Part shown: positions 48,741 to 58,423 of the stretch, one piece after another | Position numbering within the stretch: position 1 is the stretch's first letter | Layout of the letters: every line of letters starts with the position of its first letter | DNA from: Terriglobia bacterium | GTDB lineage: Bacteria > Acidobacteriota > Terriglobia > Bryobacterales > Bryobacteraceae | DNA length: 64,000 nucleotides | Direction: 5' to 3' | Assembly (NCBI GenBank): GCA_963768095.1 | Contig: CAVYGT010000002.1 | Location: 1,438,294-1,502,293 of the forward strand | The notes under the pieces: generated by a model | The model's input: only the letters and a program-made list of their open reading frames with translations | What the model was told of the DNA's origin: nothing | Database searches by the model: none | Position numbers and translations under genes: made by a program

Positions 48741-48769
48741 GGGCCCGCGTCAATGGCGGGCCCTTTTTC
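48741..48769 (+). terminator. Rho-independent terminator closing the PQQ-DH/cytochrome cluster
   Basis: GGGCCCGC GTCAATG GCGGGCCC followed by TTTTTCT, 40 nt after the B2 stop. Confidence 0.8.
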
Positions 48770-48787
48770 TTGTAATCTGGAGTAGTT

Positions 48788-49363
48788 ATGATGCACGATG
48801 AAGTCTCCCGCCGCGAGTGGATGCTCGCGTCGTCTCTCGGCCTGCTGGCCGTGTGGCCCGAAGTACTCGCCGCGCAGCAGCATGCACGCCACGCTGCCGC
48901 AACACCTGGAGCCGCTTTTACCTACTTCGATCGGGCGACGGCTGCGGAAATAGAAGCTATCGCCGCGCAAATCATTCCAACCGACGAAACTCCGGGCGCG
49001 CGCGAAGCCGGCGTGATCTACTTCATTGATCATGCCTTGAGCACGTTCGACCAGGACAGCCAGGAGCACTACAAGACCGGCTTGGCGGACTTGCAGACCA
49101 AGCGCGCCGCCATGTTCCCCGGTTCCACCAGCATCGCCGCGCTCGACCCGCAACAGCAGTTGGCGCTGGTCAAATCCATCGACGGGACGCCGTTCTTTGA
49201 GACCGTGCGCACTCACACCATCATCGGATTCCTTAACAGCCCGGATGAGGGCGGAAATCGCGACTACATCGGATGGAAACTGCTCGGCATGGATCCTAAG
49301 ATGGTCTACCAGCCGCCGTTCGGCTATTATGACGCCGAAGCGCGGAAGGAGGGAACCCGATGA
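48788..49363 (+). CDS. gluconate 2-dehydrogenase subunit 3-like small subunit (Tat signal)
   Basis: Twin-arginine signal VSRREWMLASSLGLLA. Family-typical motifs IIPTDETPGAREAGVIYFID and FYDAEARKEG-type C-terminus. Its stop overlaps the downstream start (ATGA). Confidence 0.8.
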   Translation: MMHDEVSRREWMLASSLGLLAVWPEVLAAQQHARHAAATPGAAFTYFDRATAAEIEAIAAQIIPTDETPGAREAGVIYFIDHALSTFDQDSQEHYKTGLADLQTKRAAMFPGSTSIAALDPQQQLALVKSIDGTPFFETVRTHTIIGFLNSPDEGGNRDYIGWKLLGMDPKMVYQPPFGYYDAEARKEGTR

Positions 49364-51006
49364 GCCGCGCCCCCTATCGACCCAATCACCCTGTAGATTT
49401 CATCGTCGTCGGTTCGGGCGCCGCCGGCGGAGCAGTCGCCAAGGAACTCGCGGTGGCCGGCTTCGAAGTCGTGGTGCTCGAGCAGGGCCCCTACCTCCGC
49501 CCGAAGGATTTCAAACACGATGAAGTGCTGGTCCGCGACCTGCACCAGCTCACCAACGATCCCAAGCGCCAGCCGCAAACCTTTCGCAAGACCGAGAACG
49601 AAACCGCCAAAGTTCAATTCTCCGTCGGCTATGGCCGCGAAGTCGGCGGCGGTACCGTGCACTTCACCACGAACTGGTGGCGTTTGCATGAAATCGATTT
49701 CAACGAGCGCAGCCGTTTAGGCGCGGTTCCAAACTCCACTTTCGACGATTGGCCGATCACTTACCAGGATCTGGAGCCGTATTACACCAAATCCGAGCAA
49801 GACATTGGCGTCTCCGGATTGGGTGGATCGAACCCGTTCGACGCCCCGCGCTCCCAGCCCTACCCGTTGCCGCCGCTGCCGGTAAAATCTTGCGGAGTGC
49901 TCTTCGATCGCGGCGCCAAGAAGCTGGGCTGGCATTCCTTTCCTGCGCCGATGGCGATCCTTTCGCAGCAGTACAAGGGGCGGCCTGGTTGCGTGCACTG
50001 CGGCTTCTGCATGTCGTTCGGCTGCGAAGTCGGCGCCAAGTCCTCCACGCTGGCAGCCCTGATTCCGGTCGCCGAGCACACCGGCAACTGCGAAATCCGG
50101 GCTGAAGCGTACGTCAGGAAAATCGAGGTCGATGGACGCGGGCGCGTCACAGGCGCGACGTATTTCGATGCCAGCAAGCGCGAGGTTTTCCAGCGTGCCA
50201 AAGCCGTGGTGGTGTGCGCCAATGGCGTGGAATCACCGCGCCTCTTGCTGATGTCCAAATCCAACCGGTTCCCGAACGGATTGGCCAACTCCAATGGCGT
50301 GGTCGGCAAAAATCTGATGTTCGACAACGGCACCACCGCCACTGCTCTCTTCGAGCATCCACTCAATGAGTTCAAGAGCGTTCAAGTTTCGCGCGTGATC
50401 CATGATTTTTACGATTCGGACCCTAAGCGCGGCTACTACGGCGGCGCCGGCTTCGATGCGCGCTTTGCCGAGACACCCGTTCAGTTCGGATTGCGCGGGC
50501 TTCCCGGCAGCCCCCGCTGGGGCTCCGAATGGAAGAAAACGGTGGCCCACGATTTCCCGCGCATCATGAGCTCATTGAGTCACGTGACCTGCCTCCCCAT
50601 GGAAAGTAACAACGTTACTTTGGATCCCGAGCTGAAGGACGAATGGGGCCTCCCCACCCTCCGCATCACGTTCAAGAATCATCCCGACGACCTGAAAATC
50701 ATGGAGTTCATCTCGGCTCGCCAAAAGGAAATCATGGAGGCGGCCGGCGCCTCGCAGGTCTTTACGCGGCCGGTTCGGGAGGTCACCAACTCGGTGCATT
50801 TGATGGGAACCTGCCGCATGGGTAACGATCCTAAGAGCTCCGTTGTGAATCGCTACAATCGCGCGCACGACGTTCCGAACCTGTTCGTGGTGGATGGTAG
50901 CAGCATGGTGACCTCCGGGCGCCAGCAGCCCACCTGTACCATCCAGGCGCTCGGCTACTGGGCCGCCGACCACATGATCCAAGCCGCCCAGCGCGGTGAG
51001 ATCTAA
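49360..51006 (+). CDS. GMC-family FAD oxidoreductase (sugar dehydrogenase large subunit)
   Basis: FAD fold DFIVVGSGAAGGAVAKELAVAGFEVVVLEQG and C-terminal GMC motifs HLMGTCRMG and NLFVVDGSSMVTSG. Confidence 0.9.
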   Translation: MSRAPYRPNHPVDFIVVGSGAAGGAVAKELAVAGFEVVVLEQGPYLRPKDFKHDEVLVRDLHQLTNDPKRQPQTFRKTENETAKVQFSVGYGREVGGGTVHFTTNWWRLHEIDFNERSRLGAVPNSTFDDWPITYQDLEPYYTKSEQDIGVSGLGGSNPFDAPRSQPYPLPPLPVKSCGVLFDRGAKKLGWHSFPAPMAILSQQYKGRPGCVHCGFCMSFGCEVGAKSSTLAALIPVAEHTGNCEIRAEAYVRKIEVDGRGRVTGATYFDASKREVFQRAKAVVVCANGVESPRLLLMSKSNRFPNGLANSNGVVGKNLMFDNGTTATALFEHPLNEFKSVQVSRVIHDFYDSDPKRGYYGGAGFDARFAETPVQFGLRGLPGSPRWGSEWKKTVAHDFPRIMSSLSHVTCLPMESNNVTLDPELKDEWGLPTLRITFKNHPDDLKIMEFISARQKEIMEAAGASQVFTRPVREVTNSVHLMGTCRMGNDPKSSVVNRYNRAHDVPNLFVVDGSSMVTSGRQQPTCTIQALGYWAADHMIQAAQRGEI

Positions 51007-51102
51007 CCTTCTGTCACTTCGGTTCCCTGCGGGTGCCCACCGCGTCTGCGCCGCGTCGTAGCCACTTAAAAAAGCCAGTTCGCAAATCTGGGTGTTTTCT
51101 TC

Positions 51103-51131
51103 TTGACAAAACGTTAATATTGTCATACTTT
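51103..51131 (+). promoter_or_regulatory. candidate sigma-70-type promoter with overlapping inverted repeat, upstream of the second TonB receptor
   Basis: TTGACA (51103-51108), a 17-nt spacer, then TACTTT (51126-51131). The spacer and -35 box contain the inverted repeat TGACAA-N10-TTGTCA. This is prediction only. Confidence 0.35.
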
Positions 51132-51252
51132 TGAAGTCGTCCTTTTCCTGGGTCTTGGCCGTTGTTCAAAATCTCTGGGACTGGCAGCCGGATTTTTTTG
51201 GTGTCCGCTAGGTGAGCCGTCCCAACCATGCGTGGCCATCAAGGAGATTGCC

Positions 51253-54200
51253 GTGAAATTCAATCGATTTCTGGTTCTCGTGACTGCGCTGGTAATCGCC
51301 GCAGTCATCGCATTCGCTCAATCCTACGTCGGTGAAGTCCGCGGTGTAGTTCAGGACCCGGGCGGCGCCGTCATCGCCAATGCCAATGTCACGCTGCGAA
51401 ATGACGCCACCGGCACGATGCGCACCACGGTGAGCAATTCGGCAGGTGAATATGTGTTTCCGCAAGCGGATCCAGGAACGTACACCGTCCTGGTCGAAAC
51501 TCCCGGCTTCAAGAAACTCGAACACAAGGGAGTTATTGTTGGGACCCAGGAAAAGGTGCGGCTCGATCTCAAGCTGGAATTGGGCGAGATCAGCCAGAGT
51601 GTCTCGGTAACCACCGAAGCTCCGCTAATCGAAAACGAGACCGCATCGAACGGCCAGGTGATCACGACCCAGCAGCTCGACGACCTGCCCAACCTCGGCC
51701 GCAACACATTCTTGATGTCGAAGTTGTCCAACAACGTCGTCCCTTCCGGCCCGCCGCAGTGGAACCGTTTCCAGGATCAGATCGGTTCTTCGAATCTTTC
51801 AATCGGCGGCGGCCCGATTCGCGCTAACAACTATTTGATAGACGGCGTTCCGATCACCAGCTCCCAGAATCTTGCCATCATTATCCCCAGTGAAAGTGCG
51901 GTGCAGGAAATGAAGCTCCAGGAAGACACCTATGACGCCACCATGGGGCGCACCGGCGGCGGCGTCTTCAACACCGTGATTCGCGGTGGGAGCAACGATA
52001 TACACGGCGACGCGCTCGGCTACTACCGCACCACGGACTTCACGGCCAACAAATTCTTCAACAACGCGGCCGGCACGCTTCCGAACGGACAACAAGTAGA
52101 TCCGCGGCCATCCGAGCTATGGGAGAACTGGGAGTTTTCGCTCGGTGGCCCCGTGGTTATCCCCAAGGTCTACAACGGAAGGAACAAGACATTCTTTTTC
52201 GTTTCCACCGAAGGCTATCTGGAAGGTCAGCCGGATGCGGGCAGCGCCGCTGTGCCAACGGCCGCCGAGCTTGGCGGCAATTTCACGAATTCAGGCAGGA
52301 TCATCTACGACCCGCTCAGCGGCCGTCCCTGCCAGCCTAGCGACAATTGCCCCGCAGGCGCCACCGTCATCCGCACGCCGTTCCCGAACAACGTCATCCC
52401 CGGGGGCGAAATCAATACCATCGGCCGGGCCATCCTTGGTTATCTGCCTGGGGCCAATACAAACCTGGGCGGCTCGCTGGGCCAGAGCAATTTCCAGGGC
52501 ACCGATACGCTCGCCAACCATGCCGAAGAATATATCTATAAGCTCGATGAAGATCCGACGCAATGGTTGCGCCTGAGCGGATCGTTTCTCTACTACAAGA
52601 GCGAAGAGCACGGTTCGAACTTCCTCAACATCGCGCCAGGTTCCGGCTCTTACCTGCTATTCAGGCACGTCGATGCAACCGCAGTCAACGCCACCATTAC
52701 GGTCAATCCGACTACCGTGCTCAATGCGCGATATGGCTTCAACCGTTTCCCCAATATCTACAATTACCCCAGCTATGGCTTTAATCAGACTTCGCTTGGG
52801 TTCCCGGCCAACTATGTGGATCAAGTCCAGGTGCCTCAGTTCCCAAGCATCAATCTGTCCGAATTAGGCACCATGTTCGGCAACGGCTCACATTCGCAGA
52901 CTGTCTACTGGTCGAAGAATGCATCGTTCGGCGTGTCGAAATTCATTGGAAAGCACAATATCACTGCGGGGTTCGACTATCGAAAGATCCATACCGATGG
53001 CGTCGGCTTCACGAACGGACAGGGCCAGTTCACCTTTAACGGAATCTTTAGCCAGCAATTCAACGCTGGTACCAGCGCCACCACCGGAAGCGACGTGGCG
53101 GACGCTCTGCTCGGCTTCCCATCGAGCGGCTCAATCGGCACCTTCTCCAACACAGACTTCTTCGTGAATTACTATGCCGGCTACATTCAGGACGACATTC
53201 ACGTCAATAGTCGCCTGACGGTAAACGTCGGGCTGCGTTATGAATATGAGACCGGCGAAGCGGAACAATATAACAACATGCTGGTCGGTTTCAACCGCAC
53301 CGCGACCAACCCGATTCAGGCGCAACTACCGCCCGGATCAGGCGTGCTCGCCAATGGCTTGCCGCTTGTTGCGAACCAAAACGGAAATCCCAGCGCCTGC
53401 TGCAATGCCTTGCAGGACAAATTCGGACCACGTCTCGGCTTCGCCTACCAGATCAATGACAAAACTACCTTCCGCGGCGGCTGGGGTATCTTCTACGCTC
53501 CGGTCTATTTCTCGCTCGACAACCCTTACTCGCCTGGCCTAGGCCAGACCACTAACTATACGGCCAGCACCAACGGCAACGCGACGGCGGCCAATTCGCT
53601 GAGCAATCCCTACCCCAACGGCGTTCTCCAGCCGGCAGGTATCCTCACCGGCGTCAGCACGCTGTATGGCCAAACGGTCACTTTCGCGGACCAGAATCGA
53701 ACGCAGGGACGCGTGCAACAGTTCTCGGCTGACCTCCAGCGCCAGTTGCCTTGGGGCATTGCGGCCGAAGTCGGTTATGTCGGCTCGCGAACCAGCAATT
53801 TGCAGTTCGGTACTACCGGCAGCGGACTGCTCCCGATCAATCAATTACCCCTCCAGTACATGTCCCAAGGTTCGGCATTGACGAAATCCGTCGCGAATCC
53901 CTTCCATGGACTTCCCGGCGTCGGTGGAGTCCTGGCCGGCGCAACCGTCTCTCAAGCTCAATTGCTCTTGCCGTTCCCGGAATACCAACAGGTGTACGAC
54001 TCTAATACCGGAGCCAAGGCCCAGTACGATTCGTTGAACCTCAGAGCTGCCAAGCGGCTGTCGCACGGAGCTACGTTCGTGTCCACCTTCACATGGGCGC
54101 GCAATTACGACAATGAGTTTGGCTCCGGCACTTCGAATTACTACAACAGTACCGACAACAGCATCCCGACATACCCTCAGAACGTCTACAACCTCGCATC

Positions 54201-54798
54201 CGAGTGGGCCCTTGCTGCTGGAACGGTGCCGTGGCGCTTCACCACCGGATTCACCTATAACCTCCCGTTCGGGAAGGGAAGGACCTGGGTAAACAACAGT
54301 ACGGCTCTCGATTACATCGTCGGTGGTTGGTCGTTCAACGGGGTTTTCATCGACCAGGCGGGCTTCCCTCTCGAGGTCTTTCAGCCTAACAGCAATTCCG
54401 GCATCGGCGCTGGGGCGCAACGTCCCAATGCAACCGGACTCGCGGCCACTGGTTCTGGAACTCCCGAGTCGCGGCTGTACAACTACATCAACCCTGCCGC
54501 GTTCTCGCTAGCGCCTCAGTATACGTTCGGCAACGCCTCGCGATTCATTCCCAACTACGGTCCGGGTTTGGCCAATTGGGATCTCTCGCTGTTTAAGGAC
54601 TTCACGGTGAAAGAGCGATTCCACGGCCAGTTCCGTGCCGAGGCTCTGAACGCTTTCAACACGCCCAACTTCAACAACCCGTACATGCAGTTCACCGGCG
54701 TCAAGTCCAATGGACAGGCGGCCGGAAACTTCGGGCGAATCCTTTCGCAAGCCAATCTGCCGCGAGAACTGCAGCTCGGAATCCGCCTGTACTTCTAG
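51253..54798 (+). CDS. TonB-dependent receptor with carboxypeptidase-regulatory-like N-domain
   Basis: The GTG at 51253 is preceded by AAGGAG (51241-51246); the track ORF starts at 51232. The signal peptide is followed by VRGVVQDPGGAVIANANVTLRN, plug region LDDLPNLGRNTFLMSKL, and a C-terminus ..[10 protein letters not shown]. Confidence 0.9.
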   Translation: MKFNRFLVLVTALVIAAVIAFAQSYVGEVRGVVQDPGGAVIANANVTLRNDATGTMRTTVSNSAGEYVFPQADPGTYTVLVETPGFKKLEHKGVIVGTQEKVRLDLKLELGEISQSVSVTTEAPLIENETASNGQVITTQQLDDLPNLGRNTFLMSKLSNNVVPSGPPQWNRFQDQIGSSNLSIGGGPIRANNYLIDGVPITSSQNLAIIIPSESAVQEMKLQEDTYDATMGRTGGGVFNTVIRGGSNDIHGDALGYYRTTDFTANKFFNNAAGTLPNGQQVDPRPSELWENWEFSLGGPVVIPKVYNGRNKTFFFVSTEGYLEGQPDAGSAAVPTAAELGGNFTNSGRIIYDPLSGRPCQPSDNCPAGATVIRTPFPNNVIPGGEINTIGRAILGYLPGANTNLGGSLGQSNFQGTDTLANHAEEYIYKLDEDPTQWLRLSGSFLYYKSEEHGSNFLNIAPGSGSYLLFRHVDATAVNATITVNPTTVLNARYGFNRFPNIYNYPSYGFNQTSLGFPANYVDQVQVPQFPSINLSELGTMFGNGSHSQTVYWSKNASFGVSKFIGKHNITAGFDYRKIHTDGVGFTNGQGQFTFNGIFSQQFNAGTSATTGSDVADALLGFPSSGSIGTFSNTDFFVNYYAGYIQDDIHVNSRLTVNVGLRYEYETGEAEQYNNMLVGFNRTATNPIQAQLPPGSGVLANGLPLVANQNGNPSACCNALQDKFGPRLGFAYQINDKTTFRGGWGIFYAPVYFSLDNPYSPGLGQTTNYTASTNGNATAANSLSNPYPNGVLQPAGILTGVSTLYGQTVTFADQNRTQGRVQQFSADLQRQLPWGIAAEVGYVGSRTSNLQFGTTGSGLLPINQLPLQYMSQGSALTKSVANPFHGLPGVGGVLAGATVSQAQLLLPFPEYQQVYDSNTGAKAQYDSLNLRAAKRLSHGATFVSTFTWARNYDNEFGSGTSNYYNSTDNSIPTYPQNVYNLASEWALAAGTVPWRFTTGFTYNLPFGKGRTWVNNSTALDYIVGGWSFNGVFIDQAGFPLEVFQPNSNSGIGAGAQRPNATGLAATGSGTPESRLYNYINPAAFSLAPQYTFGNASRFIPNYGPGLANWDLSLFKDFTVKERFHGQFRAEALNAFNTPNFNNPYMQFTGVKSNGQAAGNFGRILSQANLPRELQLGIRLYF

Positions 54799-55784
54799 GC
54801 GACGCGCGCGCTCATCGCCGCCACGCGGCCGGCGCCCAGCAGCGCGGTCTTGTCGTTCGTAATCACGCGCACCGGAATGTCCCTGAGCAGCGGGCTGATG
54901 CGGCCTTTGGCTTGAAACGCGTTGAGGAACGCCGGCCCAGTCAACTTTCGAATGATCTTCGGCGCGATCCCTCCGCCGACGAACGTTCCGCCTGTCGCCA
55001 CCACTTTCAGCGCCAGATTGCCCGCCTCAGCGCCGTAAATCGACACGAAAATATCCAGCGCTTGCACGCCGAGATCCGACGTGCCCTCCAGCCCGGACTT
55101 CGCGATCGCAGCCGATGGATCGCCGTGCGCGATCGCGTCTGCTAACCAGGTGGGTTCCTCGCCGCGCCCGGTGTCGCGCAGAAAGTCATAGATATTGTGC
55201 AGCCCGGGTCCGGAAAGCACGCGCTCATAGCTGACGTGTTCGAAACGCCCCATCAGGTAACGCAGCAGCTCCATCTCCAGCTCATTGCGCGGCGCGAAAT
55301 CGACGTGGCCGCCTTCGGAGGGAAACGGACGATAACCTCCATTGGCCTCCGCGAGCAGCCCTGCTTCTCCGAGCCCCGTGCCGGCCGCGATCAAAGCGCG
55401 ATTGCCCCCCGGGATCGGGATGCCGGCATTCAACAAAACGAAATCCGATGCTTCGAGCAGAGCGATCCCATGCGCATTGGCTTCCAGATCATTGATAAGA
55501 GAAACATCCTGGATGCCCAGCTCCTCGCTGATTTGCTTCGCGCTGACTCTCCACGGCAAGTTGGTGGTTTCGACGACGCCGTCTCGCACCGCTCCCGCGA
55601 TCCCGAAGCAGGCCGCACGCGGGGCTTGGTTGTGGGTGGCGACAAATTTCCTTACGATCTCTTCCAGACCCTGGTGCTCGCGGCTGGGAAAAATCTCGAT
55701 CGCAACCGCGGTCAGCCGGTCGGGAGTGCCGTCGAAGAAAGCCAGCCGCGTGTTGGTCCCGCCAATGTCACCGCCCAGTACCAT
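54795..55784 (-). CDS. glk: glucokinase
   Basis: The N-terminal [17 protein letters not shown]-binding motif and the 329-aa length are both Glk-like. Confidence 0.9.
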   Translation of the reverse strand: MVLGGDIGGTNTRLAFFDGTPDRLTAVAIEIFPSREHQGLEEIVRKFVATHNQAPRAACFGIAGAVRDGVVETTNLPWRVSAKQISEELGIQDVSLINDLEANAHGIALLEASDFVLLNAGIPIPGGNRALIAAGTGLGEAGLLAEANGGYRPFPSEGGHVDFAPRNELEMELLRYLMGRFEHVSYERVLSGPGLHNIYDFLRDTGRGEEPTWLADAIAHGDPSAAIAKSGLEGTSDLGVQALDIFVSIYGAEAGNLALKVVATGGTFVGGGIAPKIIRKLTGPAFLNAFQAKGRISPLLRDIPVRVITNDKTALLGAGRVAAMSARVA

Positions 55785-57318
55785 TCACGTTGCTCCAGTG
55801 CCGGGCGTCGCGGGCCAGCAGCTCATCGGATTCGGGAGGCCCCCAGGTGCCGGCAGCGTAATTGGGGAAGCGCCGAGGCGGCAACGCCTCCCACACATCC
55901 AAAATCGGCGCCACTACGTGCCAGGCCGTCTCCACCATATCGGACCGCTGGAACAAAGTCGCGTCTCCCAGCATGCAGTCGTACAGCAGCCGCTCGTACC
56001 CGGTCTGCGGCGTGGCGTTGAAGTAGTCGGTGTAGTTGAAGTTCATGTCGACGCCGCCGATTTGCACCACCGGTCCCGGAATCTTGGCGCCGAAGCTCAG
56101 CGAGATCCCCTCGTCCGGCTGCAAGTGGAGTATCAGCCGGTTCGGCTCCAGCCGGTTCACCGCGGTCCTGCGGAACAGCACGAACGGCGCGCGCTTGAAC
56201 TGGATCACAATCCGAGTGGTGCGCTGCGGCAGCGCTTTGCCGGTTCGCAAGTAAAACGGAACGTCCGCCCAACGCCAGTTGTCGATGAACAACTTCATGG
56301 CGACGAAGGTTTCGGTGCGCGAGTCCGGGGCGACCATGGGCTCGTCCCGGTAGGCAGCTACCTTAGTCCCATTCACCACGCCCTCGCCATACTGGCCACG
56401 CACCGTGCGCACCAGCACTTCTTCGTCCGTCATCGGCTGCAGCGCCCGCAGGATTTTCGTCTGCTCGTCTCTCACGACGTCGGCGTCGAAAGATACCGGC
56501 GGCTCCATCGCGGTCAGTGAAATGAGCTGGAAAATGTGGTTCGGCACCATGTCGCGCAACGTGCCCGCTTTGTCGTAATAGGACCCGCGCTGCTCGACGC
56601 CTACCGTCTCAGCCACCGTGATCTGGATGTGATCTATGTAGCGCCGGTTCCAAATCGGCTCGAAGATTCCGTTCGCGAAGCGGAAGACCAAGATATTCTG
56701 TACGGTCTCTTTTCCCAGATAGTGATCGATCCGGTAGATCTGTTTTTCGTCCAGCACCTGCCGGATTTCCTTGTTCAAGCTGCGCGCCGATTCGTAGTCG
56801 CGCCCAAACGGTTTCTCGATGATCACGCGCCGCCAGCCACGTTCTTCGGAAACCAGATTGGCCGCCCCCAGCTGCTTGACAACGGTCGCGAAAAAGCTGG
56901 GAGCCGTAGCCAGGTAATAAAAATAGTTGCCGCGCGTGCCGTGCTCCTTATCGACGTCTCCCAGAACGCGGGCCAGCTCTTCATAGACCTTCGGATCGTC
57001 GAAATCGCCCGAGATATAGTAAATCCGGCGCGCGAACCAATGCCACAGGTCCGGATCGACCTTGGTGGTGGCAAAATCGCCGATCTCCTTGCTGATCATG
57101 TCGCGAAATTGCTCGCTGCTCATCTCATTGCGAGCCACGCCCACCAGCGCGAATTCCTTCGAAAGCAGATTGTCCTTGGACAGGTTGTAGAGCGCCGGGA
57201 TCAGCTTGCGCTTGGTCAGGTCGCCCGAAGCGCCGAATATCACCATCACGCACGGATCCCCCGCCCGGCCCGCGCCGGTGCCATTCCCTTTGGCAGCTAC
57301 TTCTTCAGTGGTCTGCAT
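55768..57318 (-). CDS. zwf: glucose-6-phosphate 1-dehydrogenase
   Basis: Motifs [27 protein letters not shown] and EKPFG. Confidence 0.97.
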   Translation of the reverse strand: MQTTEEVAAKGNGTGAGRAGDPCVMVIFGASGDLTKRKLIPALYNLSKDNLLSKEFALVGVARNEMSSEQFRDMISKEIGDFATTKVDPDLWHWFARRIYYISGDFDDPKVYEELARVLGDVDKEHGTRGNYFYYLATAPSFFATVVKQLGAANLVSEERGWRRVIIEKPFGRDYESARSLNKEIRQVLDEKQIYRIDHYLGKETVQNILVFRFANGIFEPIWNRRYIDHIQITVAETVGVEQRGSYYDKAGTLRDMVPNHIFQLISLTAMEPPVSFDADVVRDEQTKILRALQPMTDEEVLVRTVRGQYGEGVVNGTKVAAYRDEPMVAPDSRTETFVAMKLFIDNWRWADVPFYLRTGKALPQRTTRIVIQFKRAPFVLFRRTAVNRLEPNRLILHLQPDEGISLSFGAKIPGPVVQIGGVDMNFNYTDYFNATPQTGYERLLYDCMLGDATLFQRSDMVETAWHVVAPILDVWEALPPRRFPNYAAGTWGPPESDELLARDARHWSNVNGTGR

Positions 57319-57368
57319 TCCTAGCCTCTCTCGATCGACGAGTTATTTTCCACAATAGCCGCCGTGCG

Positions 57369-58352
57369 TCATCCGCCAGTGGCTCGTTCCACGTGCCCGC
57401 CAAACTTGTAGCGCATGCCCGAAAGCATTTTCTCGGCGAAGGTATGATCCTGGCGCGAGCGGAAGCGCGTATACAGCGAGGCAGAGAGCACATCGCAGGG
57501 CACAGCCTCTTCGATCGCCGCCAGAATGGTCCAACGGCCTTCCCCTGAGTCTTGAACCGTTCCCGTGTAACGCTTCAGGTCCGGATCTTCCGCCAGAGCC
57601 ATGGCCGTCAAGTCCAGCAGCCATGAACCCACCACGCTGCCGCGCCTCCACAGTTCCGCGATGTCCGCCAAATCAAAGGTGTAGCGGTGATCGTCCGGCA
57701 CTTCCTTGGAATCGGCGTTGCGCATAATATCGAACCCCTCGGCGTAGGCCTGCATCAAGCCATACTCAATGCCGTTGTGAACCATTTTCACGAAGTGACC
57801 CGCGCCCGATGGACCGCAATACAGGTATCCGTCCGAGGCCGTGCTCTTCTTGCCTTCACGCCCCGGCGACGGCGGAACATCGCTCATGCCGGGCGCGAGT
57901 GTCTTGAAAATCGGATCCAAGCGGTCCGCTGATTCCTTGGAGCCTCCGAGCATCATGCAATACCCGCGTTCCAGTCCCCACACGCCGCCGCTGGTGCCGA
58001 CGTCCAGGTAATGAATGCCTTTTTCCTTGAGGATCTTCGAGCGGCGCACGTCGTCTTTGAAATAAGAATTGCCGCCATCGATGATCGTGTCGCCCGGCTC
58101 CATCAGGCTCGCCAGCTTGAGGACCGTGTTCTCCGTCGCCGCGCCCGCCGGCACCATCACCCAAGCAGCCCGAGGCTTGTTCAACTTCTTTACGAAGTCC
58201 TCCATCGAGCCGGAGCCAGTGGCGCCTTCGCCAGCCAGCGCCTTCACGTTGTCAGCGCTCAGGTCGAAGACCACGCATTGATGGCCGTTTCGCATGAGGC
58301 GGCGCACCATATTCGCGCCCATTCTTCCCAGACCAATCATTCCGAGTTGCAT
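57369..58352 (-). CDS. gnd: 6-phosphogluconate dehydrogenase (decarboxylating, short form)
   Basis: [16 protein letters not shown] Rossmann start; GGNS; family sequence throughout. The ATG at 58352 is preceded by GGAG. Confidence 0.92.
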   Translation of the reverse strand: MQLGMIGLGRMGANMVRRLMRNGHQCVVFDLSADNVKALAGEGATGSGSMEDFVKKLNKPRAAWVMVPAGAATENTVLKLASLMEPGDTIIDGGNSYFKDDVRRSKILKEKGIHYLDVGTSGGVWGLERGYCMMLGGSKESADRLDPIFKTLAPGMSDVPPSPGREGKKSTASDGYLYCGPSGAGHFVKMVHNGIEYGLMQAYAEGFDIMRNADSKEVPDDHRYTFDLADIAELWRRGSVVGSWLLDLTAMALAEDPDLKRYTGTVQDSGEGRWTILAAIEEAVPCDVLSASLYTRFRSRQDHTFAEKMLSGMRYKFGGHVERATGG

Positions 58353-58365
58353 AGTTTCTTTCTCC

Positions 58366-58414
58366 CCTGTGGCGCACGCACTCGTGCGTGCCGCGTTCAC
58401 ACTCGTGTGAACGC
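58366..58414 (-). repeat. 49-nt double-hairpin intergenic element, copy 2
   Basis: The reverse complement reads GCGTTCACACGAGTGTGAACGC GGCACGCACGAGTGCGTGCGCCACAGG. It lies between the tal-pgi stop (58424) and the gnd start (58352), and abuts the gnd Shine-Dalgarno sequence. Confidence 0.8.
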
Positions 58415-58423
58415 TTAAATTCG

